Shown: in pieces, positions 1-11,968 of the stretch
How the letters are laid out: each line of letters begins with the position of its first letter
Position numbering within the stretch: the first letter of the stretch is position 1
NCBI GenBank assembly: GCA_000004985.1
Contig: GG738846.1
Reading direction: 5' to 3' (one strand)
DNA: 64,000 nucleotides
From: Naegleria gruberi
Lineage: Eukaryota
Made by a program: the position numbers and the translations under genes
Notes under the pieces: generated by a model
Told to the model about the DNA's origin: nothing
Databases searched by the model: none
The model's input: only the letters and a program-made list of their open reading frames with translations

Positions 1-759
1 TCTTATAGATCTATTTTTGAATGACAAACATCTTTTTAAATCAATTTCCAAATAATATTCTCCATCTATTGTAATTTCCCTGATCGGATTATTCTCTATT
101 TTCAATTTTCTATTTTGTAACGAATCAAGATAGTAGAATATCAAAGAAAATCCCTTTTTTGAATAACCTAAAGTTCCAAGAAATGAAATTTTCCCTCCTC
201 TCTCCCAATCTGGGGTGTATGGTGCATTTAGAATGATATCATCCTTTTTGACAGTGATCTTGGTGAGATTTTCAAGTTTTGCATTGGATAATTCATTATT
301 CACTTCCAATTCCAACAATTCAAAAAATTGATTCTTCACATTCTCAGAAAAGATGAATAATTCATGCTGTGAAAGTATCCAGCGAAGAGTTTTAGCTTGG
401 GATTGAGAGAAGAGTGCATGATCAGTTAGTACACCTTGCCTCCTCTCGAATTGTTGTAATAATTTGAGAATTTCAGATGGTTTCTCTATTATTGACATTG
501 GATTGATGGCTTTTTGTTGATAATTAGAAGAATATCTAATCATTTGAAAATTATTTTCATACTCTCTAACAAGTTCATCAATGTGCTGAATGTGTTTGTT
601 CAACGCTTCAGCTATTTCATTAATATCTTGTTTAATAGTAGTGGTTTTCATTAATTGTTGTTGCTGATGATGATAATAATTAAATGTATTGTAATTTTTA
701 CCTGGTAGAAGAAGTGTCGAGAAACATCTTCTGAATTGGCAATATCGTTGTTTCAACAT
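1..759 (-). CDS. Partial CDS (N-terminal 253 codons; the gene continues beyond the window start). Hypothetical protein with a mitochondrial-presequence-like N-terminus (MLKQRYCQFRRCFSTLL...).
   Basis: Open minus-strand frame from ATG at 759..757 to the window edge. There is an in-frame stop just upstream of the ATG. A/T-third-position codon usage matches the neighbouring genes. Not listed in the ORF track because it is truncated by the window edge. Confidence 0.35.
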   Translation of the reverse strand, partial: MLKQRYCQFRRCFSTLLLPGKNYNTFNYYHHQQQQLMKTTTIKQDINEIAEALNKHIQHIDELVREYENNFQMIRYSSNYQQKAINPMSIIEKPSEILKLLQQFERRQGVLTDHALFSQSQAKTLRWILSQHELFIFSENVKNQFFELLELEVNNELSNAKLENLTKITVKKDDIILNAPYTPDWERGGKISFLGTLGYSKKGFSLIFYYLDSLQNRKLKIENNPIREITIDGEYYLEIDLKRCLSFKNRSIR

Positions 760-777
760 TTTTATTTTGATTGAGTT

Positions 778-3174
778 TTATTTACTTGTTGGATTTGTTT
801 CCTTTTCTAATTTTTCTAAAGCTTCCTTTGCTTGTTTCAATTTTACAAAAGAGTTTTGATCTGGTGCAGGATTCTTTTTGTGAAGTGCAATGGCTTTCAT
901 GATAGATTCTTTTGTATCTTCCTTAATATAATATTCCACAAGTGAATTGTAGGCAGAAGATGTTGGTTTTGTAATCTTATTGAAATAGGACTCTATCAGT
1001 TCACTAGACATGTTTGCTTGATGAGCATGTGATGATAGATAATAACAAGCAACAATGAGTACAAATGAAACACTATCTACTTGTTCCATTTGATTGAATA
1101 GTTCGTGAGCTTGAGCATACATTCCATTCATCTTATAAGCTCTCAAAAGTGAATTATAACTGTAAATATTTGGTTCTGACATTTCACTAATAATTACTCT
1201 GATTCTTTCATAATCTCCAACAGATGCCAAAGCTGTTAACATACTGTTATTGGCCAATGTATGTCTCTTGTCTGGCATTTGTTGATAGTAGTGTTCCATT
1301 ACTGGTAAATTCTCGCTATTGTTTGGTTTAATGGTTTTTGATAATGCTTTAAGAAGAATTGCAAAGGCTTCTTGGGATGGATTGATTAACTTCTCAAAAA
1401 TTTGGACAACCATATTAATATCACCAGTATTGATAAAGTTATTCATTAGTGCTCTGATGTGAATATCATTTGGTTTTGGCATTTTCTGTAAGAGAGATAG
1501 GGCTTCATTTGGTGGAAGGGCAGACAAGCAAATTGTCAATGTAGAGTCTGCTGGATGTTTGATAGACTTGAGAAGGGAACGCATCTTTTCAATTTTACCC
1601 ATCTCCTTATAGGTATTGAGAATGAGATTATACATGGCAGGTGTTGGATTTTGAATTTCCTTTAACAAATTTTCAGCACGTTCCAAATCATTATTCTTCA
1701 AAAATGCTTTAAGCAATGCTTGATAACTGTACTTGTCAGGAGATTCAATAGAGTTGAATACCTTCTCTGTTTGTTTCTGATCAGCGTTATCAGCAAGGGC
1801 ATCCATTAAAATATTTTTGTGGACAACATTTGGAGAAGGAATGGTATCATAGATTGTTTTAACCTTATCTAATCTTTCCTTTTCTGATTTGTATCTTTGC
1901 ATTTGATTTGAGAATGAATAGTCATTACGAATTTCAAGAGGAATGTGTTTGTAAAACTCCTCTACCTTTTCAAAAAGTCCAGCATTTTGATAGGCAGTGA
2001 GAATAATATTGTAACTTTGATGGGATGGTTTCTGAATCATCTTATAAATATCCTCAACAATCTTAATGTCTCCCTTCTTTGCATATGAATTCATCACTGT
2101 ATTATAGGCAACAATATCAAATTTAGCGTGTTGAAGAAGAGATATAACCTTGTGAGTGGACCCAATATTTAAATAATGCTTTAGAATTATATTTTGAGTA
2201 TAGGTATCAGGTTCCTTAATTTTGGAGTGAATTTCCTCAACCTTGTCACTGCCCTTTGAAATGTAATAGTTCAGCAATAAATTATATTGATAGGTAGTTG
2301 GTTTTGAGATTTTTCTAAAAGCATAATTAACTTTATCCATTCCTTGATCTGTTTTAATGAAGGATGAAAGCATAATGCTGTGATGATAATCCGTTGGTTC
2401 CTTAATTTTAGAATAAATTCTCTCTAAATTTTTAATATCGGATCGACTAGAATATTCCTGAAGAATAATTCCAAAGTGATAAATTGATAAATTATTATTA
2501 TCCATTAATTGTTTAACTAGTTCATCGAATTTCTTTTGTTGTTCAGAGAGAATGTAAATCTTGAGTAATTTACTAAATATTGTATGATTACTAGTTAAAC
2601 CTTCATCATGAAGACATTTGTAACATAATAATTCTCCTCCTTTATAATTTTCCAAATTAATCAGAGAATCAATGGCCATAGAGTATTGTGTGAGAGGAAT
2701 AATTCTTCTCTGATAGGCTTCACGAGATTTTACTTCAAAATCACCATAATAGTGAGTAAATAAATCTACTACTTTTTTATAGTCTCTATTATTGAATGCT
2801 TCCTCTAATTGTGATGTAATTTCCTTCACTTGCATGGCATATAATTTAGTAGAAAATAGATAATTCTTTAATTTATCCGATTCCAAATGTTCAATACTTT
2901 GAAATTCATGAGTATTTTCCGAAATGTTTGTATATTGATGATAAAGACAATCAAATTCTATTTGATTAAATCCTTCTTGTTTTTGATTGATAGTTGTTGG
3001 TTGTTGAAGGGAAGAAGAAGAATTATTTAATGTAAAAGCACTATGATAGTAACATCTCCCATCAAGAATTGATGACTTGTAAATGGTGTGAGGGCAATTA
3101 ACGCCATGATTACACAGAGCAAGTTTGCTACTCCTCCTACTCATTAATATTAAATTATTCTTCCTCATCATCAC
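778..3174 (-). CDS. Pentatricopeptide-repeat (PPR) protein, probably mitochondrial RNA-binding.
   Basis: 798-aa ORF with more than 12 tandem ~35-aa repeats fitting the PPR pattern (YN.li..y.k.G....a..lf..m). Examples: YNIILTAYQNAGLFEKVEEFY, YNSLLRAYKMNGMYAQAHELF. The N-terminus is basic and hydroxylated (MMMRKNNLILMSRRSS). Confidence 0.7.
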   Translation of the reverse strand: MMMRKNNLILMSRRSSKLALCNHGVNCPHTIYKSSILDGRCYYHSAFTLNNSSSSLQQPTTINQKQEGFNQIEFDCLYHQYTNISENTHEFQSIEHLESDKLKNYLFSTKLYAMQVKEITSQLEEAFNNRDYKKVVDLFTHYYGDFEVKSREAYQRRIIPLTQYSMAIDSLINLENYKGGELLCYKCLHDEGLTSNHTIFSKLLKIYILSEQQKKFDELVKQLMDNNNLSIYHFGIILQEYSSRSDIKNLERIYSKIKEPTDYHHSIMLSSFIKTDQGMDKVNYAFRKISKPTTYQYNLLLNYYISKGSDKVEEIHSKIKEPDTYTQNIILKHYLNIGSTHKVISLLQHAKFDIVAYNTVMNSYAKKGDIKIVEDIYKMIQKPSHQSYNIILTAYQNAGLFEKVEEFYKHIPLEIRNDYSFSNQMQRYKSEKERLDKVKTIYDTIPSPNVVHKNILMDALADNADQKQTEKVFNSIESPDKYSYQALLKAFLKNNDLERAENLLKEIQNPTPAMYNLILNTYKEMGKIEKMRSLLKSIKHPADSTLTICLSALPPNEALSLLQKMPKPNDIHIRALMNNFINTGDINMVVQIFEKLINPSQEAFAILLKALSKTIKPNNSENLPVMEHYYQQMPDKRHTLANNSMLTALASVGDYERIRVIISEMSEPNIYSYNSLLRAYKMNGMYAQAHELFNQMEQVDSVSFVLIVACYYLSSHAHQANMSSELIESYFNKITKPTSSAYNSLVEYYIKEDTKESIMKAIALHKKNPAPDQNSFVKLKQAKEALEKLEKETNPTSK

Positions 3175-3346
3175 GAATTTCTTTTAAAAATTTAAAATAA
3201 CAAATAATTTTTAACTTCAAAACGAATTCGAAGAAATATTTGCATTGGTTTCCACCTTCTCAGCAAACCAAACAATGACATCAAGGCATTGCAAATTGAA
3301 ACAGATTTAATTATATTCACACTTTTTATGAAAATATTAATGTGTA

Positions 3347-4594
3347 ATGAAACCATTTCATCAATCAACAATATTTAAAATGCAACGAATATGTAGAAGC
3401 GCTTTGATTGTACCACTCTTGCTGTTGTTAGTATTATTTGTGATGGTGGTTCATGGTAGTGTACCACTCCTAATCGACACAGACATGGGCACCGATGATG
3501 TGTTTGCAATTCTTCATGTTTTAATGAAGAGTAGCAATAACAGCTCATTGTACTTGGCTGGTATGAGTATGGTCACAGGTATGCAATTAGACACAACCAA
3601 TTCTATCAAAATACTACAAGAATTACAGGCTTTTACCAATATATTCACAACAACAAATAATGGCAGGCCTCTACTTTTCGATACCCATGATCCAAAAGGT
3701 TTAATTCCAGCTGAAAGCCATTCCTTTTTGGAGGGTAAGTTTACGCGATGAAATCAAATAACAACAATACAAAATTTATGTAGGAGATTGGTATGTAAAG
3801 AGGTGGAAAGAAAGAGAGGAAAATTTGGATAAATTATTAGGATTGCCTCCGCTCTATGGAAATGAAACAAACTTGATGAAAGTTGTGAGCGGAAAGGATT
3901 TTACAAATGAAATGTTCAAACTTTTAAGTAATTACAGAAATGATCCAATCTCAATCTTGGCAATTGGTCCCCTCACTAATATAGCAAGATTAGTAATTGA
4001 GAGTGGTGGTCATAATTTACTGAAAGAAACAGTAAACCAAATTGTGGTTATGGGAGGGGGAGTAAATATAAAAGATACGAGTAATGAAATGAATGGTGCT
4101 GAATGGAATTTTTATTGCGACTCTATATCTGTAGAAATTGCATTGAATTACTTTAGTGGAAGAATTGTTTTGTTTGATTTACTAGTTGCTAATTTAGGTA
4201 TGTTCAAGTTTCAGTTAAATGTTTTAAAAATTAAATTGATTCAGACGTTGTAAATGATACAAATGCTCAAGATATTTTGAATTATGCATCTAAATTCAAT
4301 TACAAGACAACTTCAATTCCTCATTTCATGTCAGAATTATTGAAAATGTCAAGAGCATCTGCAACATTTGATCTTGTAGCATCATTTTACTTTACTAATC
4401 CTGAATTATTCACTTTTGAAAGCATTTGTGTTGAGATTTATACTCAATTTCCAAAACAAGGAATTATCAAACAAGTAGACTGTTCAATCTCATCACGAAT
4501 AATGGTCAAGAGAGCTGTTTCACTAAATAGAAACGCCTATTTGCAACATGTCAAGGATTTATTCACTCCCACAACATTCAAAAACAATCAATAA
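3347..4594 (+). CDS. Inosine-uridine-preferring nucleoside hydrolase family protein, 3 exons, with a predicted N-terminal signal peptide.
   Basis: Exon 1 carries the nucleoside-hydrolase signature IDTDMGTDDVFAI (DXDXXXDD). Exon 2 carries PLTNIA and VVMGGG...AEWNF motifs. Exons are 3347(or ATG 3380)..3734, 3841..4197, 4244..4594. Introns are 3735..3840 (GTAAGT..TAG) and 4198..4243 (GTATGT..CAG), both phase-consistent. The hydrophobic stretch LIVPLLLLLVLFVMVVHG follows Met12. Confidence 0.75.
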
Positions 4595-4734
4595 CAGACA
4601 AAAAGTATAACAATGATTGAATGACTTAAATAATAATTTCATTCCTAATAGTTTTACTTTATTCGTTGATAATGGAGCGTATTAGTTGTGAAGTTAAGAA
4701 AATTGGTTGAATAATAAAAATTCAATCAAAAAAA

Positions 4735-6828
4735 ATGAACACAAAACAACAAGTTTCCGTACTCTTGTCTAGAATTTGTTCTCTTTCTCAGAGAAAGAAC
4801 AAGAGACAGATTGTTTCTTCCTGTTATTCATCATCATCATCACATTTATTAAATAATTATCCATCAATAATAACAACCACAAATTCCATTTTTAAATCAT
4901 ATCATACTAGAGCTGTCTATCAAAAGGATTATTTAACAAGTACTAGTGTTTCTCTCGGAGTGGATGAAAATGGGTTACCACTCTCTCAATCTTTCCAAAA
5001 ACCAACCATTTCCTATGATGATTATTTGTTAAAATTTAGGGCTATAGAGTTGGGAGAAATTGAAGCAAACCAAGAGACTGTAAAGGAAATGTTCCTCTAT
5101 ATTAAATATGATAGAATTTCTGGTTTATCACACCGTTCCCGTGAAGAAATTGAGGGTCTCTACAAGTATGCCTTGTTAAATTGTTACAGATTTGAATCTT
5201 CCTTTGACAGATCGTTATGTGCACAAAATTTATTTGACAAATTAATGGAAGTATTGTTCCAAAGAGAATTGAAGGAGTTTGACATGTCTTTGCTCGAAGG
5301 AAAGGTTCACTTAAAGCCTGAAGATGTCATTCCAGTTGTTTTGAATGATACAAACATTTATTCAATTCTTATTGATATTTACACAGAGAATAATTTTCCA
5401 GAACAAATTTTTGAACTTTTTGGATCCATGAAGAGGAATTTTTACATTTTACACAAACAAGAGGAAATTTTACAAGGTGTTTCAACCATTGAATCATCAC
5501 CAGTTGAAGAACAGCTAACAATTAGTGTATCAGATCATCATGAAGAAAATGACAAGATTTATGTGAGTGAGGAACATTTGCAACAAGTTATCAATATTGA
5601 AATGGAACACATTTATGAACCAGAGGAACCAAAGAAAGAGGCCTCAAATTCCTATGTTTCAATTTTGGATGCTCCAGAAGACCCTAATGACACAGATGTT
5701 ATTGTTGAAAATTTTCCAAGACTTTCTGCCAAGTCTTTCAATCAATTAATTGATGCTTGTGCTTATATTGGTAAAATTAAGGATATTTATCAACTCTTAC
5801 TATTCATGATTCATAAGAATATCGAATTGAGTACAGAAACTCTGAACAAAACTATCAAGTCATGCATTCCATCAGGATCTAGTTATGAAGCTCTCAAATT
5901 ATTCGACATGATTCGTCAACATTCTGAATCAGTCATTCCTAATATTGAAACTTGTAAGCTTTTACTTGAAGCCTGCTTTGAAGCTGCCGATGAGCACAGC
6001 TATAAGGATATTTACGATGGAATGAAACAATTGGTAGTTTGTGAAGAAAATAACATTACCGAGATTGACTATGAAAATGAACTCTTTTTCACCTATTTGA
6101 AGTGTAAGTGCACTTCATCAATTCCTTCCTCCTGTAAAGAAGCTTTGCAAAATATTTTCGAATATGAAAGCAAGATTGGAAAGAAGGTTGATATTAGTTA
6201 TTATAATCTTGTAATGGAAGCTTGTGCTAGAATTGGTGAAAAAGAAACATCATTACAAATTATGAATCTTACTCTCAAAGAATATGGAGCTATGAAAGAA
6301 TTACAAGAGGCTGGAACTTCACAAGTCAATCCACAACAATATCTCCTCCCAACACTTGATACATTTAATAATTTACTCAAAGCATTTAGTTTTGATGGTG
6401 ACAGAAGAACAGTAGATCTTTACAAGCATATTAAGAAAATGTGTAGAGAATTATTTAAACCAAATATTCAAACCTACAATGCTATTATTGCAACTGAAAT
6501 CAAATTAGGTGATGTAGTTAGAGCCAAGAAAATTTTGAGAGAAATCAGGTCACGTGGATTGATACCAAACATTACATCATTTAATCAGTTATTTATTGGT
6601 TATTATAAGACTGATTGGGAGCAACACATGAAAGAATTCAGAGAAAAGGAAAGAACCAGTGTTTTCAAGACTTATTTCGAAAAATGGGAAAAGGAACAAA
6701 ATGCTCTCAAGAAATCACAAGAAGAAACAACTAAATTTGATGATGCTGTTGGTCAAGCTGTTGATGAAATACTTTTCGACAAGACATCAGAAGATCCATT
6801 GAAACCAAACACCACAAAGGAAGAATAA
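4735..6828 (+). CDS. PPR-like repeat protein, probably mitochondrial.
   Basis: 697-aa ORF. The C-terminal half has clear PPR motifs (SFNQLIDACAYIGKIKDIYQLL, YNLVMEACARIGEKETSL, TYNAIIATEIKLGDVVRAKKIL, SFNQLFIGYYK). The N-terminus is presequence-like and S/R-rich. Confidence 0.6.
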   Translation: MNTKQQVSVLLSRICSLSQRKNKRQIVSSCYSSSSSHLLNNYPSIITTTNSIFKSYHTRAVYQKDYLTSTSVSLGVDENGLPLSQSFQKPTISYDDYLLKFRAIELGEIEANQETVKEMFLYIKYDRISGLSHRSREEIEGLYKYALLNCYRFESSFDRSLCAQNLFDKLMEVLFQRELKEFDMSLLEGKVHLKPEDVIPVVLNDTNIYSILIDIYTENNFPEQIFELFGSMKRNFYILHKQEEILQGVSTIESSPVEEQLTISVSDHHEENDKIYVSEEHLQQVINIEMEHIYEPEEPKKEASNSYVSILDAPEDPNDTDVIVENFPRLSAKSFNQLIDACAYIGKIKDIYQLLLFMIHKNIELSTETLNKTIKSCIPSGSSYEALKLFDMIRQHSESVIPNIETCKLLLEACFEAADEHSYKDIYDGMKQLVVCEENNITEIDYENELFFTYLKCKCTSSIPSSCKEALQNIFEYESKIGKKVDISYYNLVMEACARIGEKETSLQIMNLTLKEYGAMKELQEAGTSQVNPQQYLLPTLDTFNNLLKAFSFDGDRRTVDLYKHIKKMCRELFKPNIQTYNAIIATEIKLGDVVRAKKILREIRSRGLIPNITSFNQLFIGYYKTDWEQHMKEFREKERTSVFKTYFEKWEKEQNALKKSQEETTKFDDAVGQAVDEILFDKTSEDPLKPNTTKEE

Positions 6829-6947
6829 ATATATTCTCACTCTAATATCATTAACATAGGATGTTTCAAATCAAACTTGCAAGAAAAAGTTGTTTTAGTG
6901 TAAATTGTCGATTTAAATAAAGGCGCCATGAGGTTTACTGAAATCTA

Positions 6948-6957
6948 CCCGCCAAAA
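6948..6957 (+). promoter_or_regulatory. E2F-like GC-rich motif CCCGCCAAAA, 92 bp upstream of the 7049 gene.
   Basis: Read directly from the sequence. It is part of a recurring (C/G)CGCCAA(A/C) motif in upstream regions. Confidence 0.3.
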
Positions 6958-7048
6958 TTGCAAAAAACTTATCAAAAAAATTAATCAAACAACAATACGA
7001 GTGGGATTATCAACACATTGAATTATATTTATTTTCATTCATCATCTA

Positions 7049-9501
7049 ATGAGAAAGGCATCACTCACCAAAGATACTACCATACTTCCAAAAGTTCATG
7101 TTTCAGCAAGTGGGAGAAAGGGGTCTGTCAGCGCAAAGGCAGCCCCACCTTCAGAATTTTCAGCATCAACATCCGATACAGTCAAACAGGCTGAAAAAGC
7201 TCTCCCTCTCCCGAATATTAGAAACAAATCCCCAGAATCTCTCTCCCTCTCCTATGAAAAGGAATTAAGAATTGAAACACCAAAAACTGAGAAGGCCATG
7301 TTTGAAACTGGTGCTTACGGAATGGTGGATCTTAGACTTCCAACCAAACAACAACCTTCTAGTCCTCTAACAAAAACAATGCGGTCTCCTTCAAAATACA
7401 AAAGTCTTTCATTCAGTTTGGATATGGAGGAAAGGGATAACTATGACAGTTCTCTATTTTCTCAGGAATTATCATCTTTTACCCTCTCTCATAATCAAAT
7501 TGTTGAATCGTGCTGGGATTACCTTCACCAAACTCCTTCCAGTGGAGCTCCAATGTCTAGCGAGCAAGCCAAGGCTCTCTTTAGTTCTTTAAGCAAAAAG
7601 AGAGAAGCAAAAGAGAGTGATGTTTACGATGACATTCAGAGTATTATCTCGTCAATGAAATGTGAGGAAGAAAGGCAAGAAATTGACATTGAAAATGCAA
7701 AGAAAAAGGATATTTCAAAGAGGAAACCAAAAAAAACATCAAGTGTAAGAAAACAAGTTGACGAAAGATTGAAAATATTGTATCATAATCCAGATGAGTT
7801 GGAAAGACTTGAAAAGGACATCTCTCATTATGAGAAACACGCTAAGGAAATTGAAATGGAGAGAAAGGCTCATTCCATTTATGTACAAAGAAATAAGAAA
7901 GTTCCAGAAAATTTCAAAGAGATTAGAACCCAACACTTGAGACAGGAAGTAAGTTTTTGGAATACAAATTCTAATCATTTAATATTTTGTAGTTCAAAAA
8001 GCGTGACGAAAAAATAGCTCAAGCAAAGGGAAGAAAGGAACAAATCACAAAAGAGTTCCAGGAACGAAAGGAAAATTTGGCTTTGAAAGATGAAAAAAGA
8101 AGACAACTTGCCGAATACTTTAGAATGGAAACTGAGAATAAGGCTAAGGATGCAGAAATGTATTCTAAATGGTCATTTTTGGTTTCTCTATTATCAAGAT
8201 TTTTAGTGTTTGCAAGAGAACTCTTGAGAAGAAGATATCTCAGAAAAGAAGAGGAAAAGTTTAAGCGAGTTAAGAGGATTGCCTACACCAAATTATTACC
8301 AGTCATTTGGGCCAAGAGAAGCGAAAAGTGGAGACAAGCTTGGGATGTTTTCAAAAAGTAAGTTCAAGCTAATTTATATCATGTTTACTATTGAAATAGA
8401 CATTGGATTTTCTATAGATTGTGGATTGGTGTCAAGAAGAAGAAGGAGTCAACTATGATTATTAAATCATTCTTAAGAGAAACAAATATGTCCTTTCAAA
8501 TTGTCAGACAGGTTCACTTGTTTTGGAGTAAAGTGATTAAGGTGCAAAGATTTTTGAGAAAGTGGCACCAAATCAAACAAGCTCAAATCATGGTTCAAGT
8601 TCTCCAGTATTCAATAGTCGAAGCTAAAATGTTAAGAGGTATACCATTAAAGGGTGAATCCATAGCTGAAAACCCAAAAAAGAAAAAAGTGTTTGGACGA
8701 AGATTTTCTGGTCAGTTAACTTCAGCATTACTGAGGGAAGAAAGTAAATCTAACTCAACAACACCAATACCTACCGATGACCAAACAGATGAAAAGGAGG
8801 ATAAATTCAGATTCAAACTTCTCAGACTTACATTGGATAAAAAGAAGGAAATTATTTACTCTGATCTAAAGCAGAGAAGAAACGATTATATTACTGCCCA
8901 AAAGATTTACAAGAACAAACTTCAACAATATGACAGAAGAGTCCAACAGTTAATGTACATTCTACAAGCCAAGAGTGCTCTCAGCGGTGGAGATATGACA
9001 ATAGATCCTTCATCAATTAGAGACGAAAACGGTGAAATAATTGAAAAACCAAAACCTCCATATCTCAAAGTAATTTTGAGTGAAATTGAAATGAAAAGAT
9101 TGGTCAATATTGGGCAAAAAGAGCTCAAAGAAAAAGAAGACAAAAAGAGGCAGAAAATTCTGGCCAATTATGTGGAATTCAGTGAAAAACAAAACGAGTT
9201 GGATAAAAAGAGAGAAAAATGGGAAAACAAAGTTGCAAGTGGATTTGAAGAGATGAAACAAGTTCTCGGGTCATTTCTTGGATTTGAGCAATTATTATTG
9301 TCTCCATTCGAATCTGAAAAGAAGCCAACTTCAGTTACCCCAGTTGATCCGAATGGTAGTCTCAATTCTCTTAAGGGTGGTATTTCTCGCTCCTATAACA
9401 GCAGTCCTATTGTTTCAAAACCTCCTCAACCACCAAAGAAGAAGCCAACCCTTTCAAAGATTGGCGTTCAAAGTTCCACCACTTTAACAAAACGATTTTA
9501 A
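7049..9501 (+). CDS. Coiled-coil protein with a basic IQ-like segment, 3 exons (782 aa). Function unknown.
   Basis: Exons are 7049..7948, 7993..8357, 8418..9501. Introns are 7949..7992 (GTAAGT..TAG, phase 0) and 8358..8417 (GTAAGT..TAG, phase 2). They join the three ORF-track pieces in frame. The protein has long K/E/R-rich heptad regions and a W/K/Q-rich basic stretch (IVRQVHLFWSKVIKVQRFLRKWHQIKQAQIM). Confidence 0.6.
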
Positions 9502-9608
9502 TTATTCTAGTAAATATTTGAAATATCAAAATTGTTAACAATAAATATTTTTATTTAGCAATTTCTGATCAGAAACTTGTTGTTTAAATACAAAAACAAT
9601 GTCATTGT

Positions 9609-11932
9609 TTATTTTCCACCACGTTCTTTTGCCTTTTCTTGGGCAATCTTTTCCTTGATTGCATCCCAATTAGTTTCCATTTCTTGATATTGCAAGAATT
9701 CTGGCTTGTTTTCCTCTTGTCCTGTTTCCATCAAATATCTTCTTCTGTAGGCAATTACAGTATCAATATGTAATTTGAACCTCTTTGCCAAATCCAGAGC
9801 TCTGTCCCATTTATACAATTTTATATGCATCTTCACAGCTCTGTAAATTAATCTGGCTTGCAACAGAATGCTCTCTGCTTCATCAATATTTCTCATAAAT
9901 AAGGCAATGGCTGCATTCTTAGCTTCAGCTGAAGGAAGTCTCTTGATATTTGAAATGTATCTTAATTTGTCAACCTCTTCGAGTGCGGCTAACCCAACTT
10001 CAGCAGTATTGAGCTGGTTCAATTTAATTGCCATACCAACCAATGTAGCCCAAATGGCCTTATCTTTAACAAATCTACAAAGACGGATAGCTTGTTCCCA
10101 CTTTTTGTTTTCTATTAATTCATATAAAATTAATGGATATGGATGAACAGATTCTGTAATTACTGCTCCGTCAATTCTTCTAATATTGATCTTGGTATCG
10201 AAAAAGTCTCTAATGATAGATTGCTTTCCAATGTCATCCTTTTCAAACTTGACATAATCAAGCAAATCTCTGTCTACATATACAATCTTTGGATAATAGT
10301 AAACCAATAGCTGTCCTCCAGAAATAACAGACATCAAATCGGATTGGTCATTCCACATTGCAGAATCAACCATTGTTGCCAATTTGAAAACATCTCCTGT
10401 CTTTTTGGCCTGACTAATGTACAAATCTCTATTTCTATCAATAAATGCAATACATCTCTCACTCTTTGGGCCGAACTGGCTTACTTCGACTTGAGTTATT
10501 TCCATGTTATGCACAATCTTATCCAATTCTTTACCATTATTAACATCGAGCAACCTAATTGCTGTTGATTTGGCCTCTCCCTTATCAATGATAGCAATAA
10601 TATCATCGCTAAGACCAACAGCTTGATTATTCAAAAATTCTGTTCTTAAACCAGAGAATTTTGGATTACTCAATAATCTACCTTCATAGTTGTAAATTTG
10701 AATACCACTGAAATTGTCCATAGTAAGGAAGTTGTTTTTTGATTGCAAAATGAGATTGATATTATCCTTTACATCAAAAACATGAGGGGTTCCCAAGTTC
10801 TTGATATCATATACCCAAACTTGGGTCCATGTTGCAACAATTAATTTACCAAATCCTAGAGACCAGTTAATGACCTTATCACGGAACGAAATATCTTCAG
10901 ATCCTTCAGAGACGAGGTCAAAAACTTTAAGAGTAACATCATTTTCTAGCGAGACGAGTAAATTCTTCCATGCCAAGGATTTACCAACAATGTTTCCAAA
11001 ACAAACTCTTCCATTACCACCTCCTGCAGCAATTTGTGTTCCATCACTAGTCCAAGAAATATCTGTAATACTTCCTGTATTTGTTGTGTTTCTAGAGATT
11101 GTCCAACCTGATTTATCACAAATCTTGAGTGTATTGAAAGATCCAACAGCAAACAATTCACCATTAGGGGACCAGGATACACTTGTTATACTGTAATCAA
11201 ATGGAGTACTTGTATATAAAAGTCGTCCAAAATTGTCCCAAACCTTATATTTACCGTCTTCACCTCCACTAACAATCATGTTAGTGAGAGGATTCCAATC
11301 AACTTTGAGAATTTGAGAATCGTGAGCCTTCCATTGTATTTGTTTAGAGGCAACATGGATTGGCTTAATAACCAATTCTCTTCCATTTGTAAATAAAACT
11401 TCCTCACTAGATGGCCCCCAAGTTACTGAATAAACACTCTTTCCGACACTTGCTAGAGTGGATCGGAGCTGGCCACCTCTTGACCAAATTCTCAATACAC
11501 CATCTTCACCTGCGGTCACTAGGGCATTACCTTCATAACTCCAACGAATGGTAACTACGGCACCCTTGTGTGCGTTTGCAACTGTTTTTTCAATTCTTCC
11601 TGTTTTTGACACTAACCTAAATGATCCATCGGCACAACTTATTGCAAAAACATCTGATGTACTTGATGCTAATTTTTTGCTATATGATGGAAACCAGTGC
11701 ATATCGGTAACAATTACATCCAACTCACTCAATTTCGCTATTGGTTCTCCATTTAAATTCCATTTCCAAATAGATTTATCATCAGAAATACTAAATAATT
11801 GATTTTCTCCTCGTGACCATCCAACACAAGTGCAAACTTCCTTGTCTTTATAAATATTTATTGATTTAGAGGGTACAAGCTCAAAACACACTTACGTTGT
11901 TGTGCTGTAGACTCTTGGAGTTGTAGTTTCAT
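9609..11932 (-). CDS. IFT80: Intraflagellar transport protein 80 (IFT-B complex), 2 exons.
   Basis: Aligns along its whole length to IFT80 (N-terminal WD40 propellers plus C-terminal TPR-like region). Examples: CVGWS, WKAHD..ILKVDWNP, GELFAVGSFNTLKICDKSGW, IRLCRFVKDKAIWATL, IDTVIAYRRRYL. The true start is a 37-nt upstream exon at 11932..11896 (MKLQLQESTAQQ), joined through a 50-nt intron 11895..11846 (GTAAGT..AAAG). The ORF-track M at 11891 is a GTG codon. Confidence 0.85.
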
Positions 11933-11968
11933 TTTTTCTCTCTTTGTATTTCCCTCAATAATTTAAAA

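Noticed and set aside
5567-5749. Many short ORFs nested in or antisense to long genes (for example 5567..5749, 7739..7978, 8922..9365, 9868..10146, 10344..11196, 13373..13573, 29657..29863, 30248..30650, 44195..44837, 48004..49613, 52068..52807, 58481..60671).
   Set aside because: They overlap well-supported coding exons on the same or the opposite strand. They have atypical composition and no homology. They are the expected spurious ORFs in AT-rich DNA.
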